A DNA stretch of 33,266 bases from a virus (Duplodnaviria > Heunggongvirae > Uroviricota > Caudoviricetes): the IMG/VR virus record IMGVR_UViG_3300010355_000975, one strand, 5' to 3'. A program made the translations under genes and the position numbers. Of the stretch, positions 10,039-18,638 are shown piece by piece. How positions within the stretch are numbered: position 1 is the first letter of the stretch; every line of letters begins with the position of its first letter. The notes beneath the pieces are model-generated. The model was not told where the DNA came from. It saw only the letters and a list, made by a program, of their open reading frames with translations, and ran no database searches.

Positions 10039-10422
10039 TTATTTTTCCGGTCGTAAATCAACTTTACAAACGCTAGTTTTTCCACCGCCCTTTAATTGCG
10101 GGTGTTTTCGTTTTACATTTTCTACAGCTTCTTCTAATCGTCTATTCTTCCAAAAAAAGTCATGTTTATTTTTACGATGCAATAAATAAGCATCACACCT
10201 TACATCATCTTCAATTACTTTTGCAGTCAAGTATTCATCTTCGTGTGTCTGTAATTCTTGATACAAAATGTTATACGTCACAACCCAATACAAAAAAGAT
10301 GTTTGCGGCGTACTAAAATTAGATACATTCTCAAACATTTGTACATTAGATAATTCTTTTGAATTATTATACAAATTTTGAAAATAAATTGACTTAGCTA
10401 ATTTACGAATTTTTTCTTCCAT
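10039..10422 (-). CDS. tail assembly chaperone (second, gpT-like position)
   Basis: 127 aa immediately upstream of the tape measure gene; positional. Confidence 0.55.
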   Translation of the reverse strand: MEEKIRKLAKSIYFQNLYNNSKELSNVQMFENVSNFSTPQTSFLYWVVTYNILYQELQTHEDEYLTAKVIEDDVRCDAYLLHRKNKHDFFWKNRRLEEAVENVKRKHPQLKGGGKTSVCKVDLRPEK

Positions 10423-10424
10423 GA

Positions 10425-11069
10425 TTATACATTCATGTAAAGTTCAGTAAATCGCATCATTGCTAATCCCGGCAATACTGTATCATCTTTTTCATAATCA
10501 ATAATTGACGGCCACACTCTGCAATAATTACCAACTGTTATTTCATCCTTTATTTCTTCAAAATACCGTTCGGTGCAAATAGATACTAAATAACGATAAT
10601 AAGCATCTCTGGCCTGAACATCAATTGATAATGCTAAATGATCTGACATTAAAAAAATAAGTTTTTGTCGTTCAGTTTTAATTTTTTGAATCTTATCTTT
10701 AATTGAATCAATTCGTGTATCATCATCCCGGCATTTAGATAATTCTAATGATGTTTTTATATATTTATCTTTTAAGACATCTAATTCTTTCTCCATTGCC
10801 TCAATGTCAATTCCTTGTGCCTCTTTAAGCAATTCTTTTAATTTAGATGATACTAAATAAATAGGATTGCCATTTTCATCTTTTTCTCTCAACAAGGTAT
10901 AAAAAGTTCTATTCCGTACTCGGCTCGCTTGTGCCAATTCTTGCTGATTAGGCATTCTTACCCGATAAGTAACATTATCATGTATAAAATGTAATTTATT
11001 ATCAACAATTAATTCTGGATTTAATGTATCTTTTTCAAATTCTTGCATTACTAATTCTAAATTTTCCAT
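10425..11069 (-). CDS. tail assembly chaperone (gpG-like position)
   Basis: 214 aa, helical (TYRVRMPNQQELAQA...); lies between tail tube and TMP; SD GGAGG. Confidence 0.6.
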   Translation of the reverse strand: MENLELVMQEFEKDTLNPELIVDNKLHFIHDNVTYRVRMPNQQELAQASRVRNRTFYTLLREKDENGNPIYLVSSKLKELLKEAQGIDIEAMEKELDVLKDKYIKTSLELSKCRDDDTRIDSIKDKIQKIKTERQKLIFLMSDHLALSIDVQARDAYYRYLVSICTERYFEEIKDEITVGNYCRVWPSIIDYEKDDTVLPGLAMMRFTELYMNV

Positions 11070-11088
11070 ACCAAACCTCCCATAAATT

Positions 11089-11119
11089 AAAAAATCCCAC
11101 CAACTATTCTTTGGCAGGA
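11089..11119 (-). terminator. possible intrinsic terminator
   Basis: Minus strand TCCTGCCAA-AGAATAG-TTGGTGGGA (9 bp including two G.U pairs), followed by TTTTTT. Confidence 0.4.
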
Positions 11120-11355
11120 ATTATAAATTCTACACCTATAGATACACCCTTAGAAAAAGAGTCAATCTGATTCTCAATTTCTCTCATGGATTCATAAGAA
11201 ACAGTTTTAATAAGATTTTTTTCAGTATTGCAATCAGAATCAGACATATTATATTTAGCAGACAACTTTTCTAACTGCTCTAAATAAATTCTGACTAATG
11301 CTGAAAATTTTCTTTTTAAAATCTGCTGTAACACCTTCTGATCAATTTGATACAT
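11104..11355 (-). CDS. hypothetical protein
   Basis: 83-aa helical ORF with a strong SD (AAGGAAGGTGAGG), between tail tube and chaperone. Confidence 0.7.
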   Translation of the reverse strand: MYQIDQKVLQQILKRKFSALVRIYLEQLEKLSAKYNMSDSDCNTEKNLIKTVSYESMREIENQIDSFSKGVSIGVEFIIPAKE

Positions 11356-11391
11356 GCCTCACCTTCCTTCCCTTACCAAACAGCCCATACA

Positions 11392-11416
11392 AGGGGGATA
11401 GACCATCTATCCCCCT
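11392..11416 (-). terminator. hairpin after the tail tube gene (terminator or mRNA stabiliser)
   Basis: Perfect 10-bp inverted repeat AGGGGGATAG-N5-CTATCCCCCT, 10 nt past the stop; U-tract is weak. Confidence 0.6.
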
Positions 11417-11426
11417 GTTCGATCTA

Positions 11427-12662
11427 TTATAAATTACCCTGTATTTTGGTAATTAATAAATTATCGCTTGACAATGAACTAGAATTTGTTCCATTTGCAT
11501 TAGCTGAAAAATCAGCAGGAGTATCATCGCCCAAAGAAGCATTTTCTACTTTATACCCCATAACAAATTCCGTTTTTAATGCATTGGAAAAAATCTCAAC
11601 AATTACATCAACTTCTGCCAATGTACTATAATCAATAATACCCCAATCCTCCCCTGCTTGACCAGCACATGCTTCCTGAAGTAAATAATTCTTTACAAAT
11701 TGGTCAATTGAAATAGATACATCATAGCTTTCTGTGTCTTTTAATTTTTCAACAGTACCAATAACTGCCTGATTTGTGCGATTAAATGATGCAGAAATAG
11801 AAAAACTTGTTGCCTTATCTAAAACCAGCGGAGTATGTGTGCCATCATCAATAGTAATGGTAACATTTTCAGATGATAAATAATAAGCATCTTCATCATT
11901 TAATGCTTGAGGATCACCCGCTGAACCATAACTACTAGCTGAATACCAAATTCGATAATGATCGCCTGTTGAAGCGGCTAAAACAGTAAGATTATTTGTC
12001 ACATTGCTATATGTATAATCGGTTGTTAAAGATAATAATTCTGCTTCACCATCACGAATACGATACAATTTTAAAATGTATACACTAGTATTAGGGTCAA
12101 TAACTGGCACAGGATCATCTAAAGTAATAACATAAGAACCATCTGTTCCAGAAGGCGCATCATTCGTTTTAAAAATAATGCATTTATTTGCATTTCTCGC
12201 AATTTTGGCATACTCCCCGGCAAATTCAAACGATCTTTCAATTTGATCGTCGGCATTAATAGCAATTTCGAAAGAATTTAACGCCATATTTTCTGTCCAT
12301 AATGTTTGCTCTAATGTACCGCCATACCGCTCTTTACCCGGACAAATAAAATCAAGTCTTGGCGCATCAAAATCATCTAACTCAAACCCGCCACTTGGTT
12401 CAGCCAACAATCCAGACAATTGCAAAAATGAATCAATTTCGCCATATTCAAACTGTGTCATAGACGCTGTAGCTTCTAAAATTTGTCGGTGCGTAGTCAT
12501 TTTATCTCTGCGACCAAGCTCGTATAATTTTTCTTCAGGTTGAGTCGTTGTAGCCGTAAAAGACTGAACACGATCCCAATTTGCCATGTCCACATCTGCT
12601 AAAACCGGGACTGAAATAGGTTTAAAAGCAGAAGCATGTCTAATTTCTCTTTGTACTGTCAT
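11427..12662 (-). CDS. major tail (tube) protein
   Basis: 411 aa, beta-rich, with WDRVQSFTATTTQPEEKLYELGR typical of tube proteins; precedes chaperones/TMP and is followed by a hairpin as expected for a highly expressed gene. Confidence 0.8.
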   Translation of the reverse strand: MTVQREIRHASAFKPISVPVLADVDMANWDRVQSFTATTTQPEEKLYELGRRDKMTTHRQILEATASMTQFEYGEIDSFLQLSGLLAEPSGGFELDDFDAPRLDFICPGKERYGGTLEQTLWTENMALNSFEIAINADDQIERSFEFAGEYAKIARNANKCIIFKTNDAPSGTDGSYVITLDDPVPVIDPNTSVYILKLYRIRDGEAELLSLTTDYTYSNVTNNLTVLAASTGDHYRIWYSASSYGSAGDPQALNDEDAYYLSSENVTITIDDGTHTPLVLDKATSFSISASFNRTNQAVIGTVEKLKDTESYDVSISIDQFVKNYLLQEACAGQAGEDWGIIDYSTLAEVDVIVEIFSNALKTEFVMGYKVENASLGDDTPADFSANANGTNSSSLSSDNLLITKIQGNL

Positions 12663-12676
12663 TTAGATTCCTCCAT

Positions 12677-12925
12677 TTATTTATCTTCTTTAACTTCTAA
12701 AATTGTTACCCGTTTATCTATTTTAACAAACTCATCTTCGAGTTTCTCAACCTTATTTAAAATTTTATCCATTGCATCTTGAATGTGTTTTAAATGATTT
12801 GTGCATATTTTAAATAAGAGATTTTTTATCACTGATCCAAAATACCAAATGATAGCAATTAACAATACCGTAACTGAAGAAGCACCATAATCAACAATAA
12901 ATTTTATTAAATCTGCTCTCATCAA
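12677..12925 (-). CDS. small membrane protein, holin/XhlA-like
   Basis: One N-terminal hydrophobic helix (GASSVTVLLIAIIWYFGSVI) plus a C-terminal coiled coil ending RVTILEVKEDK. Confidence 0.5.
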   Translation of the reverse strand: MMRADLIKFIVDYGASSVTVLLIAIIWYFGSVIKNLLFKICTNHLKHIQDAMDKILNKVEKLEDEFVKIDKRVTILEVKEDK

Positions 12926-12934
12926 ATCTCCTAA

Positions 12935-13417
12935 CTATTTCACTAATTGAACAGTAATTGATATACTATGGCGATGTGCATCGGTTTCAGACACATTTTG
13001 CCCTAAATTAACTCTAGTGTTTGTTAAAAAATTCACTCTTGTCCAACCATCTGACGTTTTTATAGGTAATTCTGGATTCTCACTATTATATGCATATGTA
13101 TATAATGGAAATCCGTCATTAATTGATAATGTGACCCATCTAGCCAATTCTAATCTATCTATTTCTGTTTTAGCAAAAATGTTTATAATCATCAAAAAAG
13201 ATTCTAATCGTTGATTTGAACTAATAAAACCTCTTGGAGATGTTTGTGATTCAAAATGAACAGAAATAGCATTTAAATTCCATGATTGATCATTCTTTCT
13301 TCCAACATAGAAATTAATTGAATTACCTTCAGAATCAAGTAAATTCTCATCTTCTGATAAACCAATCAGATAATCAATTAAACTCGCTTGTAAATTTCTG
13401 TATAATGACCAAGCCAT
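12935..13417 (-). CDS. tail terminator/completion protein
   Basis: 160 aa; FLMIINIFAKTEIDRLELARWV...HRHSISITVQL pattern; follows the gp10-like gene. Confidence 0.7.
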   Translation of the reverse strand: MAWSLYRNLQASLIDYLIGLSEDENLLDSEGNSINFYVGRKNDQSWNLNAISVHFESQTSPRGFISSNQRLESFLMIINIFAKTEIDRLELARWVTLSINDGFPLYTYAYNSENPELPIKTSDGWTRVNFLTNTRVNLGQNVSETDAHRHSISITVQLVK

Positions 13418-13425
13418 GTTTTATC

Positions 13426-13875
13426 CTAAATTAATGAATCAAGTTGAGCAATAGCATCTTCTATATAATGCATTGCCGGAATCGGTGTTTGTGGTTTTAA
13501 ACCAGAATAGCCATGTTCATCCTTTACAAATCGTCCATTTTCCCATCTTCCTTTTGGTAAATAATGACCCCAATTTGCACCAATACCTTCACTCCCCCAA
13601 TTTTGATGCCTCCAATATTTTGATTGTTGGTTTAATTCAGATACATCACCAACTGCCCAACCACCAACAATTGCATGAGCGGCCCACGCTGAACAGTTTG
13701 CTAGATTTCCTGTTCCACCAGCCGATTTATTTTCAATCATATATCTTACTAATGATTCAAATTTTTCAGCAATATCTTGTAAAACACTATCACCAAATTG
13801 TTTTATTTCTTCTATTTCTTTTTCAACGGGTCTTGCTTCGCCAGTTGCATTTCTAAACACCATTTTTATTTTCAT
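13426..13875 (-). CDS. HK97 gp10-like neck/tail-completion protein
   Basis: GTGNLANC..., YWRHQNWGS, PIPAMHYIEDAI correspond to the TGxL, YxxxxExGT and PxxPFxxPA motifs of this family. Confidence 0.7.
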   Translation of the reverse strand: MKIKMVFRNATGEARPVEKEIEEIKQFGDSVLQDIAEKFESLVRYMIENKSAGGTGNLANCSAWAAHAIVGGWAVGDVSELNQQSKYWRHQNWGSEGIGANWGHYLPKGRWENGRFVKDEHGYSGLKPQTPIPAMHYIEDAIAQLDSLI

Positions 13876-14291
13876 TTATTACCTATTAAAAATAAAATAA
13901 CCTTTGTTTGATTAAACGCCAATTTAGTAAATAATACTTTATTTCCCAACCCCTTCTTCCAAACACTGTAAAATTGTTCATCATACTTAATTTTAGTAGC
14001 CATTTTTAAAGCATTTACGTCACAATTATCTATTACTGCTTCAATTGCTCCTACCTCTTGTAATCCCAATTCTCTATATACCAAACTTGATGTACTTACT
14101 GGTCTAACATATAATGCCTTAATTGGAATAGGGGATTGATCTTGTATTGTTTGCCCTTCATTTAAATAGGGGTCATAATTTTCCCCTTTAGTATTTAATC
14201 CCTTTAAATAAATCCAAAGTGTATCTCCATATTTAGAACGAAGATACTTTTTAACTTTCATCTGCGTTTTTAAAAATTCTTTATTCATCAA
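13872..14291 (-). CDS. head closure (stopper) protein
   Basis: 139 aa, beta-rich (YDPY...PIPIKALYVRP...ELGLQEVGAIE...KIKYDEQFYSV); immediately upstream of the gp10-like gene. Confidence 0.6.
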   Translation of the reverse strand: MMNKEFLKTQMKVKKYLRSKYGDTLWIYLKGLNTKGENYDPYLNEGQTIQDQSPIPIKALYVRPVSTSSLVYRELGLQEVGAIEAVIDNCDVNALKMATKIKYDEQFYSVWKKGLGNKVLFTKLAFNQTKVILFLIGNK

Positions 14292-14655
14292 CTGAATCCC
14301 ATTGAATCATTTCATTATTTAAAAATAATCGAGATTGAAAAATTGTTTTTTTATTTCCAACAGAATTAGTTCGTTCAATTTCCATCCAAACATCATTATC
14401 AAAATCAGTCGTTTCTCCTTCTGCCCATGTTAATGTAAATACACCATTAACAGCATCTACAACACAAATTTGATCATCTGAACCGCCGGTTACATTGGCA
14501 GTTGCAATTCTTGATCGATGTCCAGCTTTATCATATAATTCGGCACGAATTTCCCATTCGGCAATTGATTCATTTACAGTTACTTCACCAACAATCGTAT
14601 CGCCTTTAAAATAACGATTATCATCATTTAAATTAATGTTTAAAGTAAAATTCAT
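14281..14655 (-). CDS. Ig-like/BppU-N-like structural protein
   Basis: YFKGDTI...NGVFTLTWAEGETTDF...VWMEIER pattern typical of BppU-N-like adaptor domains. Confidence 0.5.
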   Translation of the reverse strand: MNFTLNINLNDDNRYFKGDTIVGEVTVNESIAEWEIRAELYDKAGHRSRIATANVTGGSDDQICVVDAVNGVFTLTWAEGETTDFDNDVWMEIERTNSVGNKKTIFQSRLFLNNEMIQWDSVDE

Positions 14656-14657
14656 TT

Positions 14658-14840
14658 TTATTCATCCGATCTCAAATTAATTTTGAACCGATCTTTAATA
14701 ATTAAATTGATACGAAAATCTCTATACAATTTTAAAAAAAGACCATATACAACAAACCCCTTAGTAATTCTATTTAATCCACAAAATCGATTTTGAACCC
14801 CATCTAAAATTCCTTTAGTGATTAAACTTAATCCATTCAT
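14658..14840 (-). CDS. small hypothetical protein with an internal LxxITKG repeat
   Basis: 60 aa; GLSLITKGIL / GLNRITKGFV; start overlaps the upstream stop. Confidence 0.6.
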   Translation of the reverse strand: MNGLSLITKGILDGVQNRFCGLNRITKGFVVYGLFLKLYRDFRINLIIKDRFKINLRSDE

Positions 14841-15388
14841 TGTAAAGTAACCTTGTATGAATTCATTTGACCATTTGTATAAGTGGACTCTAAAGCATAC
14901 ACCGCAAAAGCATTTTGGTCATTATCACAATCAGTTGCAGTATTATAGATTTTTATTAGACAACTTAATAATTGCCCACCACAATTATAAACTGGTGAAA
15001 AAATCCGATAATTTTCCTGCGATAATCCAAGAATACGTTTAGTTAATTCATAAATTTCATCAGTGTCAGTGTTCTTTGCATTTATTTCATCTTCCCAAGG
15101 AGAATTAGCGGCTGTGCTACAAAGAATTCGAATTAAATAAACTTCAAGTAAATCAGGAACTTCAAAATCATAATAATACACGCCTACTAAATCTACATTT
15201 TCACTCATTGCCATCTGTTTTGAAACCCATCCACTATCTTTAAATGTTTTATCTGCAAAATCATAAAAATAATTATCACTTTTTCTTTGTATTTGTAGAA
15301 AAACATTATCTAACCCAGATAAGAATTGATTATCTATATCAAGAGCAGATACCCATATTCTTTCAGTCGTGTTTTTCTTAACATACAT
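14837..15388 (-). CDS. putative virion structural protein
   Basis: 183 aa; GVYYYDF Ig-like N-terminal part and C-terminal RILGLSQENYRI...SYKVTLQ; within the neck cassette. Confidence 0.5.
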   Translation of the reverse strand: MYVKKNTTERIWVSALDIDNQFLSGLDNVFLQIQRKSDNYFYDFADKTFKDSGWVSKQMAMSENVDLVGVYYYDFEVPDLLEVYLIRILCSTAANSPWEDEINAKNTDTDEIYELTKRILGLSQENYRIFSPVYNCGGQLLSCLIKIYNTATDCDNDQNAFAVYALESTYTNGQMNSYKVTLQ

Positions 15389-15417
15389 AGTAATTCCTTA
15401 TAGCAATAAATTAAAAA

Positions 15418-15972
15418 TTAATCATCAAACTCCATTAAAATACATCCAAGATCAGCATCATAAACGCCTCGTCTATCATATGCTTCTTTAACTTGAGCGG
15501 CACTAATTTCATTAGCACCACCTTGATCTAAATATTGATCGGTATTTTGTGTATGCGCTTTGCTTACTGCATCAGATACATCATCAATGTCTACGCCAGA
15601 ATTAGCGGCATTTCCCGTGGCATCTAATACCACAATTTTATCTTCTAATACTTCAGAAGAAATTTGTTCCACTTTATCCATTTTACCTGATATATCGGAG
15701 TCTTCTGCTTCAACCCATGTATCAACAATAAATGACCATTTAGATGAAGTAGCAACATTATATACTTCCCATCCATTTAAAGGTGTATCTTCATTCCAAG
15801 CAACTCCATCATACCAAGCGATGTTATTGGTGGTTAGTGCGGCAAAAATACCAGTTGGTTCTGCGCCAACTATATATCGATTTCCTTTTGTTGCCACACC
15901 CTCATTCGAAATAGATAAAATCGGATTTTGATGTGCTAAATTTTCATGTATTGCAATTCTTTTAGTCGCCAT
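15418..15972 (-). CDS. DUF2793-like fibre-associated protein
   Basis: GNRYIVGAEPTGIFAALTTNNIAWYDGVAWNEDTPLNGWEVY matches the DUF2793 pattern (GDRYIV..PTG.W....IA.W.G..W....P..GW). Confidence 0.7.
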   Translation of the reverse strand: MATKRIAIHENLAHQNPILSISNEGVATKGNRYIVGAEPTGIFAALTTNNIAWYDGVAWNEDTPLNGWEVYNVATSSKWSFIVDTWVEAEDSDISGKMDKVEQISSEVLEDKIVVLDATGNAANSGVDIDDVSDAVSKAHTQNTDQYLDQGGANEISAAQVKEAYDRRGVYDADLGCILMEFDD

Positions 15973-15976
15973 ATGT

Positions 15977-16198
15977 TTATTCTCCTTGTATTAAATAACA
16001 TCCTAAAATTGCATCATAAATCATTGATCTATGAATAAATACATCATTTATATGATTAACAATAGTACTACCTGCAATTGCTTGTAAATTTTTTGCAGTA
16101 TTTACAACCCCAATATTCTCTGGATCATAAATTGATTTCCTCATTACATCTGATAAATTTGATTGTCTTGCTCCTTTTATATACATATTTATATCCAA
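15977..16198 (-). CDS. small fibre-associated protein
   Basis: 73 aa; DVMRKSIYDPENIGVV resembles the DMxKSxYDxxxxGxVD motif of phage fibre proteins. Confidence 0.55.
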   Translation of the reverse strand: MDINMYIKGARQSNLSDVMRKSIYDPENIGVVNTAKNLQAIAGSTIVNHINDVFIHRSMIYDAILGCYLIQGE

Positions 16199-18036
16199 TC
16201 AAATGATGATTTTTGTAAAACAATTTCGTCTATTTGCTGTTTAGTCGATTTTTTTTCAATAGATGATAATGTATATTCAGGTGTTGTTATTTTATGATTC
16301 TTTGGATTTATCAAAACTGATGTAATAGTGGCTATTAAATTTTTTTCACTTTGATCTGGATTAAAATCATTTGACGATTTTAAAGCATTGTTATTATCTA
16401 AATAAAAAAGTTTATTATATTTTCTAGCCGATAATTCCATTAATGCCAATTTAATGTATTGAATCAATTCTGTATCGGAATAAGTTTCATAGTGTTGGTA
16501 TGTAATTAATACATCATCATTTTTTGATACAGTATTCAAAATAACGCTATTTGCCGAAGTATTATAGTAATAATCACCATCTAATAAAACATTGTTCTTA
16601 TACACTTTAATACTTGATTCACGAATAATCGAATTCTGTAATTTAAAACTATTACTAAAATCAGCTACATGATGTGTTTGTCCAGTAACTAATGTATCAT
16701 CAATTAAGATACGAATTATTTCTAATAAATCATCTATCTGTTCTTCACTTAAAACATCATAAATAAATGTAAGGACTTTTGATTCACTTTTCCGAACATT
16801 ATACTTAAAAATTAAATCTAAAAGAACAGATTCATAAACATTATATAAAAAGGTAAATTCTTTTGATACTGCTGTTCGAACATTATATTTAAAAATCAAA
16901 TGTTTTTGAATAATTCCACGAACATTGTATAAAAATCTAAAGGTTTTTTTTACAGCAGTTCTTATATTGTACTTAAATGTAAATGATTTGCGAATAAATT
17001 GGTTTGAATTATACACAAAAATTAAATTCTTACTAACCAATTGACCATTATTATAAATAAATTTTAAATCTTTTCTAAAAAATTGATTTGAATCATAAAT
17101 GAATTTCAAATCTTTTCGAACAACCTGCCCACTATTATAAACAAATATAAAATCTTTTCTAAAAAACTGATTTGAATCATAAACAAACGTCAAATCTTTT
17201 TTAACTGTTTGCCCACTATTATAAATAAATTTAAAAGAATTTTGGGCTGTTGTATAAACTGAATAATAAAAAGTTATATTTTTTCGAACAAAATTATAAA
17301 CAGAATACAAAAATGTTAAATCTTTAGAAACCGTTTGACCGTTATTGTAAATAAATTTTAAATCTTTTCGAACCTGCTTTGAAATAAGAAATTCAGAAGT
17401 AGGTGGCGTAAAATTTTCTGTATAAATTGCCTCATTGTCCAAAATTCTAAGTTCATCTATGCGCCCCGGAAAAACTCTACTAGAAGCACCAGCGTCATGC
17501 CCAACATACAAAGTACCATAAGTGGCTGTTAAATTTAATGGAACAGTTAAAACATCCCCCAACCGATTACCGTTAATAAAAAATCGAAGACTTGTACCAT
17601 CTTTACAGGCCGCTATATGATACCATTGATACAAAGTTGGTGCAAATCCAACTGTTGCAACTACTGTTCCAACTCCGTGCATGTAAAATCTCATGCTAGT
17701 TGTACTCATTAACCATTGAACTCCGCCGCCACTAATGGATGACATAAACATCATAGTAGAGCCGGGATTTTGAGTAAAATAAGCAAATAATTCAATAGTG
17801 AATTTAGTTGCAGAAAATCTTAATTTAGCATGGTTTGGAATACCAATACAATCTTGAGTTCCCGGCCCTCTTAATAATAATGAAGCTGAACCAAATTTCT
17901 TTTCTACTGTACTTATTTTTGCATTATCAAAGAACGTAACTGTATGCCCATACTGTGATCGATCTTCAACATATTGAGAATCATCATCGCCATTAAATGA
18001 TAACAATAAAGCTGTATTATTATATAAATCAGCCAT
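16189..18036 (-). CDS. LamG lectin + 14-aa repeat stalk + C-terminal copy of the head-tail adaptor (putative neck fibre)
   Basis: N-terminal LLLSFNG...KFGSASL...FTIELFAY...WYHIAACKDG...GRIDELRIL (LamG); 15 tandem 14-mers; the last ~184 aa align with the 18639..19250 protein. Confidence 0.85.
   Translation of the reverse strand: MADLYNNTALLLSFNGDDDSQYVEDRSQYGHTVTFFDNAKISTVEKKFGSASLLLRGPGTQDCIGIPNHAKLRFSATKFTIELFAYFTQNPGSTMMFMSSISGGGVQWLMSTTSMRFYMHGVGTVVATVGFAPTLYQWYHIAACKDGTSLRFFINGNRLGDVLTVPLNLTATYGTLYVGHDAGASSRVFPGRIDELRILDNEAIYTENFTPPTSEFLISKQVRKDLKFIYNNGQTVSKDLTFLYSVYNFVRKNITFYYSVYTTAQNSFKFIYNSGQTVKKDLTFVYDSNQFFRKDFIFVYNSGQVVRKDLKFIYDSNQFFRKDLKFIYNNGQLVSKNLIFVYNSNQFIRKSFTFKYNIRTAVKKTFRFLYNVRGIIQKHLIFKYNVRTAVSKEFTFLYNVYESVLLDLIFKYNVRKSESKVLTFIYDVLSEEQIDDLLEIIRILIDDTLVTGQTHHVADFSNSFKLQNSIIRESSIKVYKNNVLLDGDYYYNTSANSVILNTVSKNDDVLITYQHYETYSDTELIQYIKLALMELSARKYNKLFYLDNNNALKSSNDFNPDQSEKNLIATITSVLINPKNHKITTPEYTLSSIEKKSTKQQIDEIVLQKSSFDWI
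16744..17373 (-). repeat. 15 tandem 42-bp (14-aa) coding repeats
   Basis: Exactly 630 nt = 15 x 42; consensus about V.KDLxFxY(N/D)xxQx, e.g. VRKDLKFIYNNGQT, FRKDLKFIYNNGQL, VSKEFTFLYNVYES. Confidence 0.95.
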
Positions 18037-18038
18037 AT

Positions 18039-18629
18039 TTATTCCACATCAGTATCCCATTCTGTTGAAATTGTACCACTAATGCCAGAGCGAGCCGGAC
18101 TACCTGCTAAAAACATTCTTTTAATCCATACAAAAATTATTTCATTCGAATCTAAATCATCGTCGTGTGACCCCTGATCGGGTGATACACCTGTTTGTTT
18201 CGTCATACCAGTTACCCAATTAGAAATTCCACTCCCTGTACCATTATGATTAGTGGTATTAACAACGGGCGATGTAATTTCATCCACAACTGTTTGTGCA
18301 GAACCATCAGTTAAAGCGGCTGTTTCAGGCACTTCAATTGCATAAGCTATTTGTTGAGCATTATCAGGATCATACTCTGCACTCCACCAAGCAACTAAAT
18401 TATGCGCTGTTTCTAGTGAAGTATTTTTTAAACAAACACAACGATAATCTGTATACCCGGCAGATGCTTCGGCTGATTTAATGACTCTAAATAAATTGTG
18501 CAATGTATTTGACGTAAATTCAGTAGAACTTCGAAATCCACCTAATGATAAATTTGGGTCTGATTGCGTACCACCATCCGAATCAGCACCAGTTAAATAA
18601 ATTTTGACTTGATCTGCTTGAACAGGCAT
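18039..18629 (-). CDS. conserved uncharacterised virion protein
   Basis: QSDPNLSLGGFRSST...LHNLF...AEASAGYTDYRCVCLKN, a pattern I recognise from phage structural modules; SD AAGGAG. Confidence 0.6.
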   Translation of the reverse strand: MPVQADQVKIYLTGADSDGGTQSDPNLSLGGFRSSTEFTSNTLHNLFRVIKSAEASAGYTDYRCVCLKNTSLETAHNLVAWWSAEYDPDNAQQIAYAIEVPETAALTDGSAQTVVDEITSPVVNTTNHNGTGSGISNWVTGMTKQTGVSPDQGSHDDDLDSNEIIFVWIKRMFLAGSPARSGISGTISTEWDTDVE

Positions 18630-18638
18630 TTTTTCTCC

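Noticed and set aside
10400-10480. Programmed -1 frameshift between the two tail chaperone genes
   Set aside because: No XXXYYYZ slippery heptamer before the stop at 10425, and the second ORF has its own ATG 2 nt later.
16744-17373. CRISPR-like array
   Set aside because: The units are degenerate, contiguous, in frame and have no unique spacers; this is a protein repeat.
1038-18036. Diversity-generating retroelement targeting the lectin domains
   Set aside because: No reverse transcriptase and no near-identical TR/VR pair differing at adenines seen in the window.
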